A stretch of DNA of 63,655 nt, the filler included, from Craspedostauros australis (Eukaryota), in NCBI GenBank assembly GCA_030167865.1. It is 12 parts of 12 records of this genome, joined end to end, with 100 filler letters (N's around TTAATTAATTAA, not from the genome) between each part and the next. Parts side by side here need not be neighbours in the genome. Positions count along the whole stretch, not along the records: positions 40,568 to 51,106 come from JALAGF010004129.1; positions 51,207 to 55,175 come from JALAGF010004130.1; positions 55,276 to 60,546 come from JALAGF010004132.1; 9 more parts are not named here. One strand, given 5' to 3'. Below the pieces are notes generated by a model. The model saw nothing but the letters and a program-made list of their open reading frames with translations, did not search any database and had not been told where the DNA came from. Shown in pieces: positions 44,899 through 58,078 of this stretch (its first letter is position 1; each line of letters starts with the position of its first letter). Position numbers and translations under genes: made by a program.

Positions 44899-47800
44899 AT
44901 GACCCCCCAACAGCCGGCTGACGGTGCCGAAGCTGCCGCCGGCGTCGACAATGGAAGCTCCCACCACGACGCCTCGGGAATGGAATCGCTGCTTGAGGGC
45001 AACGCATCGAAGAGCGAGGAGGAGGAGGTCGTCTTCGAGAAAGCCGCGGAGGAGACTCCCCAACCGAAGCAATCCGCGGCCAATCCCGATGAAACCGGCA
45101 GCATGAAGTCGACCGAGCTCAGCGACGGCAACAGCAACACCAGCGGCGACGACAGCACCAAGAAGAACCAGTCTGGCGATGCGCGCGACGGCGACTCCGC
45201 GCCATCGGCCCTCGACAACCAGCTCGTCAGCTTGGAGGACCAGGCCACCTGCGTCGAACGATGGACCCTCAGCTTCCTCAACCCGCTCCTCCAATTGGGC
45301 AGCACCAAGGTCCTCGATCAGGCGGACGTCGGCGCACCCAGCGAGCAGGACCGTGCCGAGAAGGCCTACAGCCGCACCATGCATGAGTGGCATCTCGAGG
45401 TCGCCAAGGCGGAGGAAGCCAACGTCAAGATCCGCGCAGACTTCGAGGCCAAGCAGGCGGCGAAGAACAAAGCCGGCAATGGCGCAAAGGGCAAAGCAGA
45501 CAAGGAGGAGGACGAGGAACCCGAAAAGCCCAAGCTCAAGGAACCCAGCATGAGCCTCTCCCTGCTGCGCGCGTTCGGCACCGGCAGAATCATGGTCGGC
45601 CTCACTTACTACATCATCTCCTCCTTGCTAAACTTCATTCCCGTCCTCATCTTGAACGACCTTGTGCAGTACTTCGAGCACGTGGCCACCGAAGGCCCCG
45701 ACAGCCAAAGCCGCGACGACTTCATCGAGAACGAGATGATGGCGCATCCCTGGGTCGAGGTCGCCGCCCTCGGCATCGTGCCCCTCATCAGCACCGTCCT
45801 GCAGACCAAGTACAACGCCACCATGGCGCACTGCGGCGTCTTCGTGCGCACTTCCGTCAGCACCATGCTCTACCAAAAGTCGCTGCGCGTCTCGGCGGCG
45901 GGACGTGCCAAGACCAGCACGGGACAGGTCGTCAATATGATGTCCAACGACACCATGCAGCTTCAGCGCTTTCTGCAGTTCTCCGGTTTCACCATGGTGG
46001 CGCCATTGCAGATCATCATTGCGCTATTTTTGATTTATCAGCAGGTGCGTACGAGAATTCGCGTCGTGTGCATCGTGTGCATGGAATTGCATTGTAGTGT
46101 TGCGGTCTCTACTATTGCGTGATTGTGTGCATGGAATTGCATTGTAGTGTAGTGTTGCGGTCTCTATTATTGCGTGATTGTGTGCATGGAATTGCATTGT
46201 AGTGTAGTGTTGCGGTCTCTATTATTCCACAATTTGCTTCCTTGTCGATGATTGGTCACGCTTTGTTGTCACAAATGTCCGTACTCTACATGAGCTCCCT
46301 CCCCTCACACAAATCCATCTCCCGCTTCGACCATCATTGCACATCATTGCAACAACCACACATACACGTACACATACACGCACACGTACAACAGGTCGGC
46401 AACGCCACTTGGGTGGGAGTTGCGTACATGATCTTCTTGGCACCAGTCAACGGTTTCGTATTCTCCATCGTCGCCAAGATGCGCACCAAGGTCCTCAAGT
46501 ACTCCGACCTGCGCGTCAAGATGATGAACGAAATCCTATCCGGCATCCGCATCCTCAAATTCTACGCCTGGGAACGACCCTTCGGCAAGGAGGTCGGAAA
46601 TCTCAGACAGAAGGAGCTCGACGCGCTCACCAAGCTCTCCTACACCACGGCGGTGGGTTTCTCCATCATCCTCCTCTCCACCCCCATCATCCAACCCATC
46701 ATCGTCTTCCTCACCTACGTCAACATCCAGGACGAACCCCTCACGGCATCCACAGCATTCACCACCGTCGCGCTATTCAACGTCATGCGCTTCCCATTCG
46801 CTTTCATGCCCATGGGTCTGCTGCAGTACATCCAGTCGCGCATCTCTCTCAAGCGGTTGGAACGCTACCTCTCGCTTCCAGAATTGGCACCCTACGTCAC
46901 CAACAGCCCGCCCAGTCAAAAGGACAGCACTGATGACGACCTCGATGACGGTCTCAACGATGCCAAGTCCAAGGCCGAGCCAGGCAGCATCACGATCGCC
47001 GGCGGAACATTCAGCTGGGTCGACCCGGATGCTGCACCCATCGAGCCCATCCAGGGCAACGGACCACCGGGCGGCAGCAAGAAGAAGAAAGGCAAGGGCA
47101 AGGGCAAGGGCAATGACGACGATGACTCCAGCATGAACAGCAGCAGGCGCGGCAGTCGCCGTGGCAGCAGCAAGAGGGGCAGTGATGACGACGAGGTTTC
47201 GGTGAAAAGCAACCTCACCGGTGCCACGGATGATGGCACGACCGCCAAGGAAGTGGCCATCACGTTGCAGGACATCACATGCCACATCCCCGCAGGCAGC
47301 CTCGTTGCCATCGTCGGAAGCGTCGGCTGCGGCAAATCCTCCTTCCTCTCCGCCATCCTCGGAGAGATGGAAGCGCTGCACGGATCCAAGGTCTACATGC
47401 CGCGTGGCAACAACGTCGACGAAATTGGTTTCGTCTCGTACTGCACGCAGTCGCCATGGGTCGTCAATGACACGCTGCGTGGAAACATCCTGTTTGGACG
47501 CGACTTCGATGAGGATCGGTACAACGAAATCGTGAATGCCTGCGCTCTGCGCGATGATCTGAACGTCCTTCCCGCCGGCGATAAGACGGAGATCGGAGAA
47601 CGCGGCATCAATCTTTCAGGGTAAGTGGATTGCAGTGCAGTGGAGTATACGTGTACGCACGGCGTGAGCGAGTTTGTGTTCGACGAGGCGAACAGACGAT
47701 TGAGAGCGCGCCCGGATGCTTTGCTCGTTGCGAGACGCCTTTCTGGGCCGTGTCAACTTGCTTCCACGCACTGCCCATACACAAAATGAACTGGTGCTGG

Positions 47801-50273
47801 CACTCTCGGCCCTATCCCGCTGAGCGTGCTGTATTACTGTCAGGCGGATGCGAGGATGAAAGAACAACGAAGACACCGGAAAGACAACAACGCCGGATCA
47901 ATCCACGTACTCACACACACGTGATCGCTCTCACTCTCGATCATATGCGACTCACGCATGTGTCATCCACACCATTTCAAACTCTGCAGAGGCCAAAAGG
48001 CACGTGTGGCGTTGGCACGCGCTATGTACTCCAAACAAACCAAGGTGCTGTTGATGGACGATCCGCTCTCCGCGGTGGATGCCCATGTGGGCGAGCATTT
48101 GTTCAGCGATGCCATCTGCGGCGAAGTCAGCGAAGGCACAACCCGAATCCTTGTGACACACCACGTTCACGTGCTCTCCAGATGCGACCATGTGATTATG
48201 TTGGATCAGGGACGCATCCAGCACCAGGGAAGATTCCAGGATCTCCTGGCACAGGGCATCGACTTCGCAGGTGCCGTCGATGTTTCCAAGGCTCAACAGT
48301 CGGATTCGAACGAAGATGGCGAAGGCGGCGACAAAGAAACAGCTGATGGCGTAGCCGACAGCAACGCCGATGGCAAGGGAGATGACGCAAAGAAGAGCGC
48401 TGCCTCGGATAGCAAGAAGGATAGCGAAAGCAAGGCGGACATGAAGAAGAAGGGCGAGAAGCTCACGCAAGACGAAGAGAAGATGGAGGGATCCATCGGC
48501 GGATCGGCTTACAGCCGGTACGCCAAGGCAGGCGGATACTGCCTGGCATGCTTGGTCGTCGCCATCCAAGCCTTGGGGCGAGGAGCCGAGGTCATGGCGG
48601 CCTTCTGGTTGGCACATTGGGCAGATAAGATGATCACGAGAGCAAACGACGACGACCCGTTCACGGACAAAGAAACGAGCTTCCACCTGGGCATCTACGC
48701 CATGTTTGGTATGCTGGGTGTGCTCGGGCTGGGTTTCCGCGGCATTTTCGTCGCCATGCACCGCCTGAAGGCATCCAAGGTCATCCACGATGGCATCACG
48801 GACTCCATCCTGCGTGCGCCCGTTGCTTTCTTCGACGTCACGCCGATCGGGCGTATCCTGAACCGTTTCGCAGCTGACATGGACAAGCTGGATCTGGAAT
48901 TGACGCAGACCGTCTCGCAGGGCCTGACGACAGGATTCCAAGTCATCGGAGCCATCGGCGGTATCGTCGCAGCGACCAAGGGAACCTTCCTCGGACCGCT
49001 CGTCCCCATGGCCTTCGCGTACTACTTCGTCCAGAATTGGTTCCGCAAGTCCTCCACTGAACTGCAGCGCGTGACCAGTATCGCGAACTCCCCCATCTTC
49101 ACCGATTTCTCGCAGACTCTGTCTGGAACCCCCACCATCCGCGCGTACGGTGTGCAGACAGGATTCTTCGAAAAATGCAAGAGGTCCTTCGACAACATGA
49201 ACGCATCGTACGTGCTCGTGCAGATGGCCGGTTACTGGCTGGCCCTGCGCTTGGACATCATGGGCGGATTCATCGCGCTCTTCATTGGCGCAATCGCAGT
49301 GGGCACGTTGGATTACGAATTCATCCCAGCAGGATGGCTCGGACTCGCGTTATCGTACGCCATCGAAGTGACGGCGTACCTGAAGTTCGGAGTGCAGATG
49401 ATCGCTCGCCTCGAGGCCGACATGAGCTCCGTCGAGCGCATCCTGTACTACTCGGACAATATCGAGCCAGAAGCACCTGCAGTCATCCCAGACAAGGACC
49501 CGAAGGAAGGCACGTGGCCCAGCAAGGGAGCGATCGAGCTCAGGAACCTTTCGATGAGATACCGCGATGGTCCGCTCGTTCTCAAGAACGTGTCCCTCAC
49601 CGTGAACGGCGGGGAGAAGTTGGGTGTCGTCGGTCGAACAGGATCTGGAAAGAGCAGTCTGATGATCGCTCTCTTCCGCATCTCCGAGATCGAAGACGAT
49701 GGTCAGCTCATCATCGACGGTGTCGACACGAAGCAGATCGGAACCGAATGCCTCCGCCACAACCTCTCCATCATTCCGCAGGATCCAGTGATCTTCTCCA
49801 ACACCGTGCGGTACAACCTGGATCCGTTCCATCGCCACAGCGACGATGAGCTGTGGGAGGTGCTGGAGAAGGTCCGCATGAACCAAGTGATCGAAGAGCT
49901 GCCCGGGGCTCTCGATGAGATGGTCGCCGAAGGTGGAGAAAACTTCTCGCAGGGCCAGCGGCAGCTGCTGTGCATCGCCCGGTCGCTGCTCCGAAAACCG
50001 AAGATATTGGTCATGGACGAGGCCACTGCCAGTATCGACAACGAGACAGACGCTATGATCCAGGAGATGATCCGCGAGAATTTCAAGGATTCCACAGTGC
50101 TCACCATCGCGCACAGACTGAACACCATCATGGACTCCGACCGTGTTCTGGTCCTGGACGATGGCCACATCGCCGAACTTGACACCCCACAGAACCTCAT
50201 GACAAAGCAAGACGGACATTTCAAGGCGATGGTGACGAAGAGCCGCGATGCACAGAACATCGACGAAGAGTAA
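44899..50273 (+). CDS. ABCC/MRP-type full ABC transporter; exons 44899-46044, 46395-47620, 47990-50273
   Basis: TMD1-NBD1-TMD2-NBD2. [29 protein letters not shown] restored across GT-AG intron 47621-47989; [57 protein letters not shown]. Both introns are frame-consistent. Confidence 0.95.
46075..46226. repeat. 50-55 bp minisatellite x~3 in ABCC intron 1
   Basis: GTGTGCATGGAATTGCATTGTAGTGT(AGTGT)TGCGGTCTCTAYTATT repeated three times. Confidence 0.92.
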
Positions 50274-51206
50274 CATGCAGCGGGTGTGTCATGTGTTGGC
50301 ATTGGCATTGCTTCTGTCCGATCCATGCCACCAACGCTTTTGCCATCGCAATAAGATCGTCGTCAATACGAGAAATAACTCTAAAGAGAGGGAATACTCA
50401 AAGTTGCTGATGTCCCCGCGCAACAGCCGCAGGAGAAGGATATGTTCTGCGTTCTGTGATGCGAGACAGGTCTTCAGCAGGCACGTGACAGCGAAGGACT
50501 CGCCGGCACTGGGCGTTGGACCAAACGGCAAGGTCCTCGATGATGTCTCGTCTGTGCGTTTTGGAGTGGAGTCGAAGACTCGTGCTTGGAGTACGTACGC
50601 CCGTGGTTCTCATGGAATACTATATGCACTATTGACTCACTGTCCCTCTGTCATCGCTCAGGAACGGGTTGGGCAGAGCAACGAACGACGAGAGAGACAG
50701 AAAGTCCATTCCCTCCGTGTCCATGTCAGCTCGTCGCGCAAGTGCTTCACGCGTGATCTTCTTCTTGCGTGGCTTTATCTCTCTAGATTCCTTCCAGAGC
50801 GTCTTCTGTCTCAACCAAGACTCGAAACAGCAATCATTGATTTCCATCCACGAATGATGCTGACTCAAATGACTTCAACAGAAAACAGAGTTGTGTCGAG
50901 ATTTGGACATTCTCTTCTTTTCGAAGTTTCGGGTCAACACTTCGAAAAGTACCATGCCTTCGTGGTATCGACCGTAACTCCAACCTCAATCATAGTATCT
51001 CATGAAGAACCCATAGTTAGTCCGAGATAAAATGACGTGGCACACAACCAAAACGCTCAATCATGAGCATGTACTGCGACAGACTCTCTTTTTAGCAGTT
51101 TGGCCANNNNNNNNNNNNNNNNNNNNNNNNNNNNNNNNNNNNNNNNNNNNTTAATTAATTAANNNNNNNNNNNNNNNNNNNNNNNNNNNNNNNNNNNNNN
51201 NNNNNN

Positions 51207-52753
51207 TCGATGAAGGTATCGGCATACAAGCATGCGTACGATCCAGCAGGATAGTTGCTGGGATTCCCGTAGTAGTTGCAAGAGTTGTCACCAACACCAA
51301 GATCCACCTCGTAACAGTTGGATCCGGCGGGGTATCCGCCATTGCACGATCCATCGCCGATGGGACCGTTCGCAAGGCCGCACGCGTACCGACCATTGCA
51401 GGATCCCAAGCCGACATCCGCATCGACTCCGAGGCCCTGGCATGCGGCGTATCCAGTGCACGAGTCCTCCTCGATCAGGATGCCGGCCGACACCTTGTCG
51501 CACGAGGCCAGACCGTTGCACGATCCACGGCACACAGTCACCGTGCCTTCCCAGTAGCAGCTGCTCGATCCAAGATCGCAGCACTCCATCCCCTCCTCCA
51601 CGCACCAGTTCGCGACGTAGTCGTAGGTTCCCGTCACGCACGTTGATCGGATGGGTGAGTCCGTTGGTCCCAATGAGGCGGTTGGAGACAGTGTGGGGGA
51701 CATGGTTGGGAAGGATATGGGGAAGCCAGTTGGAGACAAGTCGGGGACACCGGCCGATGCGGTGGTGGTGGCACCTGTAGTTGTGGTTGTTGTTGTGGCT
51801 GCTGCTGTTGTGGTTGTGGCGGCTGCTGTTGTTGTGGCAGCTGTGGTGGTGGTGGTGACTCGGTCATCCTCACCTGGGACAATCGCCTTCACATCTGACT
51901 CGAGTGAGGAGTTGTCATCTGCTGGATTGGCATCCTCTGTTGCAGCTGTGGTCGTGGTTGCAGCGACGGTGGTGGTTGTAGGGGTGGTAGTGACGACGGC
52001 ATCTTCACCACTGCCATCGGTACCATCTGTGTCATCGACGGTGTCCGCTGTGGCGTCATCTGGAAGTGTCGCGGACTCTTCAGAACCATCTTCTGGATCG
52101 TCGCCTGGTCCGTCACCTGGTCCATCGCCTCCCTTCTTGCCCTTGCCATCCTCTTTGCTGGAGCTATCACTTGCATCTCCCTTCTTGCCACCAGTCGTCT
52201 TCCCCTTACCCTTGCCCTTACCCTTCTTCTTCTTCAGATTGCGGTTGACCGTGGTGGGATCGACACTCAGCTTCGATGCCTGCACTCCACGCACAGTGCC
52301 ATGTCCAGTCACACGATTGCTGCGGCGGGCGCTCTGTACGATCATGTGCTCGTCGTCACCTTCATTGTAGCTTCCCAATCGTCCGGCATCTGCCATCTCT
52401 GCACCTGACTTGATACTGGCCTTCATGGCGCCTGCCTCATCTGACAAGTCGATGGGTTGATGGATGGTGTTGATGTTGTTGATGTTGGCAGCATCCTGCG
52501 TCTCAGTGGCGATCGCTTGTTGTGGTTGTTGCTGTCCTTCCTTCTCCTGTTGAGTCTGGTGGATTTGTTGGACCTCGCCTGTGCTGCCAACCATGTACTG
52601 CTTCTTCTCATCGTCTTGTGCTTGCACCTGAGTCTGTGCATGCATCTGTTCATGCGTCTGTGCATGAGATTGAGTGGCATCCTTGGCGAGAACAGAGACG
52701 GCGGCATTGCCCAAGAGGACAACGAGGAATCCTGGTTGGAACTTGAGTTGCAT
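51207..52753 (-). CDS. Secreted modular protein: signal peptide, RNL site plus Lys/Gly cluster, Thr-rich stalk, PTxSPT linker, Cys-rich GSCNG-x-x-AC repeats; 3'-truncated
   Basis: [37 protein letters not shown]; poly-T/A tracts; SPTLSPTASLGPTDSP; repeated SCNG/SCTG...AC units. Confidence 0.8.
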
Positions 52754-54042
52754 GGTGCTGGTGTTGATACTGTGGATTGTTGTGGGTTGTTGCTGTTGTG
52801 AGTTGTTGGTGATCGATGATTGGTGAATTGTGATTGATGGATTGTGATTGACGGATTGTGAGAAAGAGGAAGAGGACGATGACTCAAGGTCTCGTTTGGT
52901 CGAAACGATAATGTAATACTACCAACACCACTCAAACATCATCAACTGAAAAATACACACCACAACTGACATCCACGACCAACAGATGGAATGATAGGTG
53001 TGATGGTGACATCATGAGGACACATCACAGAGAGCAAAGATGAGTGTGGTAGAGTCGAGGATGGTGTGGAGTCGTTGACCTTGAACATTTGGATGAGGCT
53101 CGACGAAAAGCTGGAAGAGAACATGGTGAGAAGCAAACAGACGAGTGCATAGAGGAACATGAACAGAAACATGAGAAGAAGGAAGAGTGTGCCAAAAGAA
53201 CACCAAAAATGTGATCAAGACTTGATATTTGAATGTGGGCTGGCTCGGTGATGGTCGTTGGCATCTTGTTGGAGGGGTGTTGTCAGGCGACCGATTTCGG
53301 CGATCTGGCGCCAATTCTGTGACCGTTGAGAAGACAATCCAAACCAACACACAACAACACACACCAACACGCACACGAAATCCAAAACAACAAACACAAC
53401 GCTTCCACACCACCTTCACAAGTGCCGACCGTTATCGTGGATGTTATCATCAACATACAACAACATACAACAACAAGCACAAACGAAACACCTCACTTTT
53501 TGGCCAACAATAAGACCAATTTCGCCCATTCGTTTGCCAATTTCGACATCCAACGTCTCTTCCTCCAACCACAACCACGACCACAACTACAAGTACAAGT
53601 ACCACCACCACCGTCATTATTACTGTTACTGTCATGGCTACCATCACTGCCATGGGTGTTGGCATAGCGATTGATGGTATCCATCCGAAGGAAGATCCTT
53701 GTTTGACGTCGATCATTTGGGATCATGCTCACCAAATGGAGATAACCTCACGAGGATGATGGATAGAGTGCTCCAAGAGTATGTCGAGGAGAGTGCTCTA
53801 AATCACAACATCAAACATGACTACGTGAGAATTCATAGTCATGCAGCAACAACAACACAACAGCATCATCATTATCATCACTCAACCAACCAACCAACAG
53901 CATCTTCATCTCATAATACCAACATCAACATCAACATCAACGTCAACACAACTTCATCTCCAACCTCAATCTGCATTGGAAACCAACACACAAGACGAGA
54001 CAACACACACAAGACAGCACACAATACAGCACACAACACAAA

Positions 54043-55175
54043 ATGAACCTCAAGATACAACAAAGCGTCCTCTCGCTCATCTTCAGCGCATCCGCAGCTG
54101 CACACATCGCCAATGATGTCACGGATGTCACGGATGTCACGGATGCCACACATGACCCTGATCACAACCGAAACGAAGATGACTTCATCATCGACGAAGA
54201 ACAGATCAACACAGCCACTGTCAACCTTCAACATGCTGCATCAATGATGGACAATGCCCATCACTCTCACAACAAGCCAGCCACTGTCACATCCACATCG
54301 ACATCCACATCCACATCAACCACATCCACATCTACGTCATCATCGACGATGCTGGGAGGAACCGACAGAGACACCATCCTCACCAACGTCGGACGACTCG
54401 CCACCAACGAGCGAAACCTCAGAAGACGCAACAACGATGTCAACGACCACAACGACGAGTACGATGCCAACCACAGAGGCATGCCAAGAGATCAAAGAGA
54501 CGGATGTGGTCGCATGCTCAAGCCAGGTGAGACACACGTCGTCCCTCGACGATGTGGAGAGACCGTCATCGGACAGAATCAGCTCGCCAGGAACTCCAAC
54601 CCATCCAACATCCCAAAGCCCATGGAGACGGGACCAGAGGCCAACACCATGTTCATGACACAGAAGATCCAGGCTCATCGCGAGGAGAACAAGGGCAAGA
54701 ACAAGGGCAAGGCGAAGGACAAGGTGAAGGACAAGACGAAGGACAAGACGAAGGAGAAGGTGGAGGAGGTGAAGGTCAAGGCCGAGGAGAAAGCCGAGGA
54801 GATGACCAGCAACGGCAGCAACAAGCCAAAGAAGCATCACAACAAGGATGGCGACAAGGGCAAGGAGAAGGGCAAGTCCAAGAACAAGAACAAGGACGAG
54901 AACAGCGGCGAAGACAAGAAGGACAAGAAGGATGGCAAGGATGGAAAGGACATGGTCGACGAGAGCGCCAATCTTGGGCAGCCACAGAGCAACGAATACG
55001 ATGGCGATGACAATGACAAGGGCAAGGATGGGAAGGAGAAGAACAAGGATGAGAAGAAAGAGAAGGAGAAGGATGAAAAGAAGAAAACGGACAAAGACAA
55101 CAAGGACAACAAGAAGGACAAGGATGAGAAAGAGAAGAACAAGGACAACAAGGACAACAAGGACAACAAGGACAA
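54043..55175 (+). CDS. Putative secreted Lys/Asp-rich low-complexity protein with RxL motifs; 3'-truncated in a (KDN)n repeat
   Basis: MNLKIQQSVLSLIFSASAAA leader, TSTS tract, ERNLRRR and GRML, then dense KDK/KDNK/KDGK repeats to the contig end. Confidence 0.7.
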
Positions 55176-55457
55176 NNNNNNNNNNNNNNNNNNNNNNNNN
55201 NNNNNNNNNNNNNNNNNNNTTAATTAATTAANNNNNNNNNNNNNNNNNNNNNNNNNNNNNNNNNNNNNNNNNNNNATGTGATGCGGCAATCGAAAGGCTT
55301 GGTAAAGACGTGCCAAAAGGAACAGGCAACCTACCCTTCGAATGCATAGCATGATAAGATAGATAGTATTAGTACGAAGATGATGGCTTCGCTCACTCCA
55401 CCATCGAGCAAAAGTGAAGCAGAGATTGTGCCTGGAGTTGTGTAATTCAACAAAAAG

Positions 55458-55530
55458 TGGACATTGCCGGAATCGAACCGGCGACCTTATGCATGCTAAG
55501 CATACGCGCTGCCAACTGCGCCAAACGCCC
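55458..55530 (-). tRNA. tRNA-Ala(AGC)
   Basis: 73-nt cloverleaf: acceptor GGGCGTT/AATGTCC with G3:U70, D-stem GCGC, anticodon arm TATGC-TTAGCAT-GCATA, T-arm GCCGG-TTCGATT-CCGGC, followed by T5. Confidence 0.96.
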
Positions 55531-56333
55531 ACGAGCTGTTGTTGCTTGGTGACAATTCAAAATGCTCCAGAGTTCATTTACCTATCATGAAATCTCTCAT
55601 TTTCTTTCTACATTCAGAAGCTTGCTGTCTGTTGCTTTGCAACCTCTCCAACATCCTCCTCCTCATCGCTTTTGTCTGGTCTTGCATTGGACGATTTCGG
55701 AAAAGTAACAAGATGCTCTTCGTATTAGCAGCTCGTACATATTGTAGTATTCCTATCATCGAAGGCATGGCGCTTCTGCCGTTCCTGTAGACAACGAGCT
55801 TCATCGTCCAGTGATGCAGGACTTCCACGTGACCTTGCAGAGACAGTGGAGCAAAGCAATCCTCTTTACCAACACAACGTATTGATAAACTGAACTGTAG
55901 AGCAGCCAAGCTGGAAGAGGAACAGAGGCGCAATCTATGGCACATGGCTCGTGTCATCCTGTCTCTCTAGCTTCGATCACAGAATTCTCCAATCAATCAA
56001 GCGAACTCTGGGAGCGTCTGTTTGTCGCGAGCAGTTTTGCCTGTTGTTCTCGCCACATGAGCGACTGCCTGTGACAACAAGAACAAAACAGGATTCGGTC
56101 GCCTTGGCGCCAACGCCGGAGAGGCATCAACTCACAAAGAGAGACACAGACGCAAAGTACCAAGGAAGAGAGAAAGAGAGAGAGCGAGCGACGATTTGGC
56201 GACCCTAACCAGCAACAAGACGAGTTGACCAACTTGAAGTGAAGCCACTGTGACTTTGTGGCCATCCTGCAACACAGTTACAAGTCAGACAGTACACACA
56301 CGTACGCCAGAGGAGCAACCCGAACGAAGCAAC

Positions 56334-57839
56334 ATGATAAAAAGCGGGAGCAGAGGGGAGAAAAGGTCGCAAGTGCCAGGTCCTCGCCATGGTGGCGCGG
56401 CCGCAGCCTCCACAGGTGCTGCTGGTACTCCTTCTCTGAAAGATGATGGATTTCTCAACAGCGCAACGACTTTGGGTCGCACAGTCAGCATCACCGTGGA
56501 AGCCTCTCAGGCGTTGCAACGACATCTCCTTCGGATTGATCTGGTTGCAGAGATCCGCGATCAACGCAGCAAGCGCAAGGTGGTCTCCGATACTGCCACT
56601 ACCGCCACCACCACCACCAACGACACAAGTAACACCAACACCACCAATCGCCGCAAGTTGCCAAAATCCAGGAGCAGACCGGCTGTGCATTCACCGCCCC
56701 GTGCAACGTTGGCATCGAATCCGCAGCTTGCACCAGGGAAGCATCACCACTTTCCCAACGAACGCCTGGCCACTTCGGAGAGAATCGCGAGAGATCCACT
56801 GCAGTCGTTGGCGGCTGGTTGCTCTCCAAAACGGCGTCTCGTGCGAAGAAAGCACAAACGGACTGTTGCTGAGGCCTCTCTCCTTTCAACAGAAACACTC
56901 CCAGATCTGCAGGTACCCTTGCCGAAGGCCTCGAAAAGTACGCGAGCCCGGAGTTCATTTTCGCAGGAACCTGACTCACAAATGCAAGACAAGTCAGACA
57001 ACCAGGACGTGATCGATCTCACAGACGATCTGGAGTACGACAACACAGAACAAGAGCTGAAGATGGACATGCTCAACCAATCGCATGCGCAGGGCTCTCA
57101 TCCACTGAATCAGAGCACAAGCACGAATGCGCCCATAAACATGAACGTCAGAACAAACACTAAAAAACGCACCACCTACGAACAACAGCGCGCGTACATT
57201 CAGCAGCAACAACAGCAACAACGACGACAACAACGACGACAACAGCTACAAGAGCAGCAGCTAAAACATCAACGACGACAGAAGCAACAGCAGCAGCAGA
57301 GACTGATGGCCAACCACCGTCCTGACTATCAATGCGTCAAGAAGAAATCGCGAAACATCAGATCAATCACGGCGGAGGAAATCGCACCCAGCATAACGGA
57401 TGATGCCACAGGCGTGATCTACATTATGAATCGTCGGGTCAACATGAACAATCTGCAGAGAGACGCCAGCACGTACTCATTGCTGCGAGCATGGGTAGAA
57501 GATGATCCGTATCGCCAACGAACACATTGGGACCTCAACGATGATGTTGTGACGCCCCCTCGGCGATCGACATCCACACGGAGGAACTCAAACGCAACCA
57601 ATTCATCCGCAACCGGGAAGTGCCAGCAACGACAACAGTCGCAAGCGAGCAAACGGTCGGAACCCGAGAAATCGGACAGGCAAGCAACTTCCCGAACGAA
57701 TCACAATCCCGTCAACCTCACGGCTGACATGGTACAACGCGCCAAGGCAGCGAAGCGATCATATCTTCAGAGCAGGGCCTGGAAGAGACAGCAGGCCAGG
57801 GAGAACCTCAAGAGGCTCGGCGTGCGGCTTCAGCGATGA
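56334..57839 (+). CDS. Largely disordered Gln-rich protein with a LIN37-like C-terminal region
   Basis: IYIMNRRVNMNNLQRDASTYSLLRAWVEDDP resembles the LIN37 'R-V-L...LY--CRAW--N-P' motif. A basic C-terminal helix (MVQRAKAAKRSYLQSRAWKRQQARENL) matches LIN37 layout. First ATG at 56334. Confidence 0.6.
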   Translation: MIKSGSRGEKRSQVPGPRHGGAAAASTGAAGTPSLKDDGFLNSATTLGRTVSITVEASQALQRHLLRIDLVAEIRDQRSKRKVVSDTATTATTTTNDTSNTNTTNRRKLPKSRSRPAVHSPPRATLASNPQLAPGKHHHFPNERLATSERIARDPLQSLAAGCSPKRRLVRRKHKRTVAEASLLSTETLPDLQVPLPKASKSTRARSSFSQEPDSQMQDKSDNQDVIDLTDDLEYDNTEQELKMDMLNQSHAQGSHPLNQSTSTNAPINMNVRTNTKKRTTYEQQRAYIQQQQQQQRRQQRRQQLQEQQLKHQRRQKQQQQQRLMANHRPDYQCVKKKSRNIRSITAEEIAPSITDDATGVIYIMNRRVNMNNLQRDASTYSLLRAWVEDDPYRQRTHWDLNDDVVTPPRRSTSTRRNSNATNSSATGKCQQRQQSQASKRSEPEKSDRQATSRTNHNPVNLTADMVQRAKAAKRSYLQSRAWKRQQARENLKRLGVRLQR

Positions 57840-58078
57840 TTCCAAGCGCGATGACAGCGGCGGTCGGTGTGGATTGACTCGGCGAGGCGCCATCCTGGAT
57901 TCTCAAAGGAGGCTGTGCAGAACATGCACATCCAAGAGAACATCATGAGCTTCGATCGATGCCTTCGTATCTGTCCTTCCATCTTTCAACTCGCCATGCG
58001 TCCTGTCATGGAGAACCAGTATGGCGTTATGACGGAGACTTTGGGACTAAGAGTCGTCGCATATAATACTTGTATCAT

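Noticed and set aside
46075..46226. CRISPR-like array (also 26023-26076 and 25641-25838)
   Set aside because: Contiguous tandem repeats without unique spacers, no cas genes, eukaryotic context.
55574..55957. 127-aa ORF upstream of the tRNA
   Set aside because: No recognisable motif or coding signature.
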